Below are positions 47,682 to 50,433 of a stretch of 50,433 nt of DNA, piece after piece. The notes under the pieces are model-generated. The model had not been told where the DNA came from and ran no database searches. It was given only the letters and a program-made list of their open reading frames with translations. How positions within the stretch are numbered: position 1 is the stretch's first letter; each line of letters starts with the position of its first letter. Location: the IMG/VR virus record IMGVR_UViG_3300025718_000163, positions 1 to 50,433 of that record, one strand, 5' to 3'. The translations under genes and the position numbers were made by a program. This DNA is from a virus (taxonomy: Duplodnaviria; Caudoviricetes).

Positions 47682-49787
47682 TTAATGCTTATCTTGAAAC
47701 AACACCCAAGGTTGCTTAAGAGCCAACCAATTAATGCTTTGATTATTTAGCAACTCACTAACTATAACAAGAAATAGTGCAACTTCTTTACCGACGGATT
47801 CCAAGTCTGACGTATTAAGTGAATTAGTTGCTTTGTGCGCACCTAAATGACATTTTTTAATTGTATTTGAAAAATCAATTACTGATAATTCGTTTTTAAA
47901 ATCCTCATAACTTGGCTTGCCAAGACCATTCATTATATGTGCTAAAAGTTTTCCGTTAGCTAAAACATTCTTTACAAGGCATTTGACTTTATCTTCAAGG
48001 CTAGGCTTTTGTGCACATTTATATTCTATTTTTTTAGAAATCTCTAATTCATATATAGCCAATTCAAAAAGTGAGCGTAAGGAACAGGCAATAACTTCAT
48101 GATACTCAATATTCGCTTGGGAATACAGCTTGTTTAACTGTGGCACGAGATTTGTTATTGGATTTTCCTTAAAATCAATTACATAATCTTTTCTTGCTCT
48201 ATTTGGAATAAGGGCACGATTTGATTTTTGAGTTTCTAGTGGAGTAGGGTTATCTGTGATTATTAGGGTAAATTTCGTAACGACTCTCCCTACTACTAAG
48301 TCATTATAGCTACATAGAATTGTTTTCTGGCATGCAACCTCAATTGATTCGATTATGCCATTTGGAACCAAATTCCCATCCATCTCGATATTTATATTAT
48401 TATAGTCCATCTTTTGACCAAGACTATTAATAGCGGAAACAATGTAATCTTCTCGACTTAAAGGTTGGGTCGGAACTTCCCTCGTAATATTTCTTACAAT
48501 GAGCTCTGGTTTCTGTGGCGACGGTGTATTTCCTAGACCTACACTAGGGGGGGGATTATTGTTAGTACCCTTAGGTGGGATATCCTCTTCGCCTGGTATA
48601 GTTAGGGGGGGTATTGTGGGTACTGTTTCTTTTGTATTAGATCTTATAATCTCGGTTTTAAAGCCGGAGCCACTTATTTGAATTTGTCTATTTAAATCTT
48701 CGAGAGTCCGACGTATTGATTCAGTCAATTCATTTTCTTGAAACTGGGTCCTTTCGGAATTGAATTGAATGTCTTTATCATCACTAATAATTTCAATATA
48801 GCCAATCATTTGTGGCAAAGCGGTTGAGCTTTTAGAACCTCTCAACAGGTCCGGATCAAATATAGAAAAATTATTAAAGAGATTTTTATTTATGTAAATT
48901 AAGGGCGTAAGTTTTTTGGAATTTACAATAAATAGTAAATCCTGATCCTGATCTTTTTTTCTTCTCTCGGGGTTACTAAAATCAAATATCATTAGCTCTA
49001 AAGTTAATTTGAATCTACTATCTATATTAAAATTATATTGTATTATTTTTTCTGTGTTGACAATTTTTCCGTATTTATAATGATTTTTATACGAAAAGTG
49101 TATCTCCTTTGAAGTGGATGAAAAAGAAATTCGGAACAATTGATTTTTTGTATAATATGGTTCAAGTGCTAGGCTCTCTTTTGTATGTAATAGTTGTCCC
49201 CCGACTTCCAACTTTATATTGAATTCACTATCGATAAACGAGTTAAGAATTTTATCTCGATTCATCTGATTTAACAGATATTCTTTCAGGTAGTTTGAAT
49301 TATAATCATTTCTAAGTGTTATCTCAATTACAGTTCCCGTCTTTAAAGTCTCGTTATTTTCTTCAGAGATAGGCACCACATAATCTGATACATCATCTAA
49401 CTTGAGGAGATCTAGATAGTTGATTGTAAAAAATCTTCGTTTGTCTTTTGTTGTTGTCCATGTTACTATGTCTCCAAATTTAAATACGGATAGAAATCCT
49501 AAACCCTTTGAACCTTGAATATATCTACGCGTCTGAGGGTTAATAGACCCATATATCTTTGAACTTTTTGATATCTGTAATAGGAACCCTATTTCCGCAT
49601 CGTCCATCCCGTCACCATCGTCAGAAATCGTTAACTTTTGTGCACTTGTATCCAAAACGATGGATACCTCTTTTGCCCCTGCATCATAAGAGTTTTTAAT
49701 AAGTTCATTTAAAGCGATAATAATAAAAGGAATCTTATCAGATAATTCCCCTATAACACTACCCGCAACTCTTAGTCTCTTTTCCAT
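47682..49787 (-). CDS. GHKL (HATPase_c/MORC-like) ATPase with a long C-terminal region
   Basis: ELIKNSYDAGA, DDGDGM, GSKGLGFLS, GTVIEI and SER.QF motifs. Confidence 0.85.
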   Translation of the reverse strand: MEKRLRVAGSVIGELSDKIPFIIIALNELIKNSYDAGAKEVSIVLDTSAQKLTISDDGDGMDDAEIGFLLQISKSSKIYGSINPQTRRYIQGSKGLGFLSVFKFGDIVTWTTTKDKRRFFTINYLDLLKLDDVSDYVVPISEENNETLKTGTVIEITLRNDYNSNYLKEYLLNQMNRDKILNSFIDSEFNIKLEVGGQLLHTKESLALEPYYTKNQLFRISFSSTSKEIHFSYKNHYKYGKIVNTEKIIQYNFNIDSRFKLTLELMIFDFSNPERRKKDQDQDLLFIVNSKKLTPLIYINKNLFNNFSIFDPDLLRGSKSSTALPQMIGYIEIISDDKDIQFNSERTQFQENELTESIRRTLEDLNRQIQISGSGFKTEIIRSNTKETVPTIPPLTIPGEEDIPPKGTNNNPPPSVGLGNTPSPQKPELIVRNITREVPTQPLSREDYIVSAINSLGQKMDYNNINIEMDGNLVPNGIIESIEVACQKTILCSYNDLVVGRVVTKFTLIITDNPTPLETQKSNRALIPNRARKDYVIDFKENPITNLVPQLNKLYSQANIEYHEVIACSLRSLFELAIYELEISKKIEYKCAQKPSLEDKVKCLVKNVLANGKLLAHIMNGLGKPSYEDFKNELSVIDFSNTIKKCHLGAHKATNSLNTSDLESVGKEVALFLVIVSELLNNQSINWLALKQPWVLFQDKH

Positions 49788-50039
49788 CTATATTACTTCC
49801 CCCATTAATCTTTACCTCTTTTTTGTTCTAGGCGATTGATTTACATTATTACTTTTCGCCTAGGAGATCAAACTACCTAGTGCTAAACATTAGTACCCCT
49901 CCGATTCATCAGTAGTGATACTAAGTACCTTTATTTTTTGAAAGGAGCCTCGATAGTCCAGAATTATTCCACTCTAACATTTCTACATTTTCTTCTCATA
50001 TCCTTCATAGATGGAAGAAATATTCCAATATAAAACAAA

Positions 50040-50072
50040 AATTGCCAGACCGTCAAAAGGAACGATCTAGCT
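50040..50072 (-). terminator. Intrinsic terminator
   Basis: GCTAGATCGTT-loop-GACGGTCTGGC followed by a T-rich tail. Confidence 0.55.
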
Positions 50073-50158
50073 CAAAATGTTTCCTCACACACCACGACAC
50101 AATAATAATAACATCCAACTCTACGTCCCGCTTATATCAAGGCTTCCACTTAACGCCG

Positions 50159-50433
50159 ATAGCAATAGGTAAAGCTTTGATATGATCTCCACTTTTTCCC
50201 CTGCTCCACACCGTGCACGAAACTTTCGTATTCACACGGCGTTCCATCAAGTACTGTGGCCCTACTTTCACATTGATAGAGATAAGTTGCCTTATCACCG
50301 TTTCATCGAATATAAGTTCTTAACGTCCAATGCTTACCACGTTCCAACATCTTTATCTATGCATATACCTTTAGGTTGTTCCTCTGGGTTTGTAGACTTG
50401 ACGATACCTGTAACATCGTAAGGATTTTCATAC
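50159..50433 (-). mobile_element. Group II intron, 3' part (domains V and VI), apparently ORF-less
   Basis: Minus strand GAACGCCGTGTGAATAC-GAAA-GTTTCGTGCACGGTGTG (DV), GGAGCAGGGGAAAA...TTTACCTATTGCT (DVI) and a terminal AT. Confidence 0.85.

Noticed and set aside
50085-50145. Possible att site resembling an rlmD 3' end
   Set aside because: Weak resemblance and no second copy in the window
50182-50421. 79-aa plus-strand ORF
   Set aside because: Antisense to group II intron domains V and VI
1-50433. tRNA, rRNA or IS transposase genes
   Set aside because: None recognised by eye; dedicated scans were not possible

Overview
AT-rich Firmicute (Clostridia; Desulfosporosinus-like by inference) window in three parts. 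(1) 1-18.1 kb: a cos-type prophage on the minus strand. In transcription order it runs: XRE repressor + ImmA/IrrE peptidase, Com-like Zn finger, sigma-like protein, DUF2800/DUF2815/PolA/VapE/VRR-NUC/SNF2 replication module, RinA-like activator, HNH, terS, ParB-methylase, an array of promoter-gene-terminator cassettes, and the 5' part of terL. (2) 18.7-39.8 kb: an accessory, partly decayed island with a DGQHR-like gene, an SOS-boxed DinB, SRAP, ComEC/DUF3006, an Mrr-like nuclease between two DUF5658 copies, a nitroreductase, four YgiT-type zinc fingers, Imm50, a YhaM pseudogene, an orphan clpX and an XRE regulator. (3) 39.8-50.4 kb: a defence island. One M.MvaI-like m4C methyltransferase is surrounded by three intact and one decayed MvaI/BcnI-family endonucleases plus an RHH regulator. 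Next to it is a co-oriented run of GHKL ATPase, SfsA-like nuclease, PD-(D/E)XK nuclease and mini-methylase, then the 3' end of an apparently ORF-less group II intron. The best candidates for undescribed systems are the multi-MvaI locus, the GHKL/SfsA run, the phage cassette array with its non-canonical promoter motif, and the Com/GAGC-repeat terminator switch. All family calls come from motif recognition by eye, not database searches.
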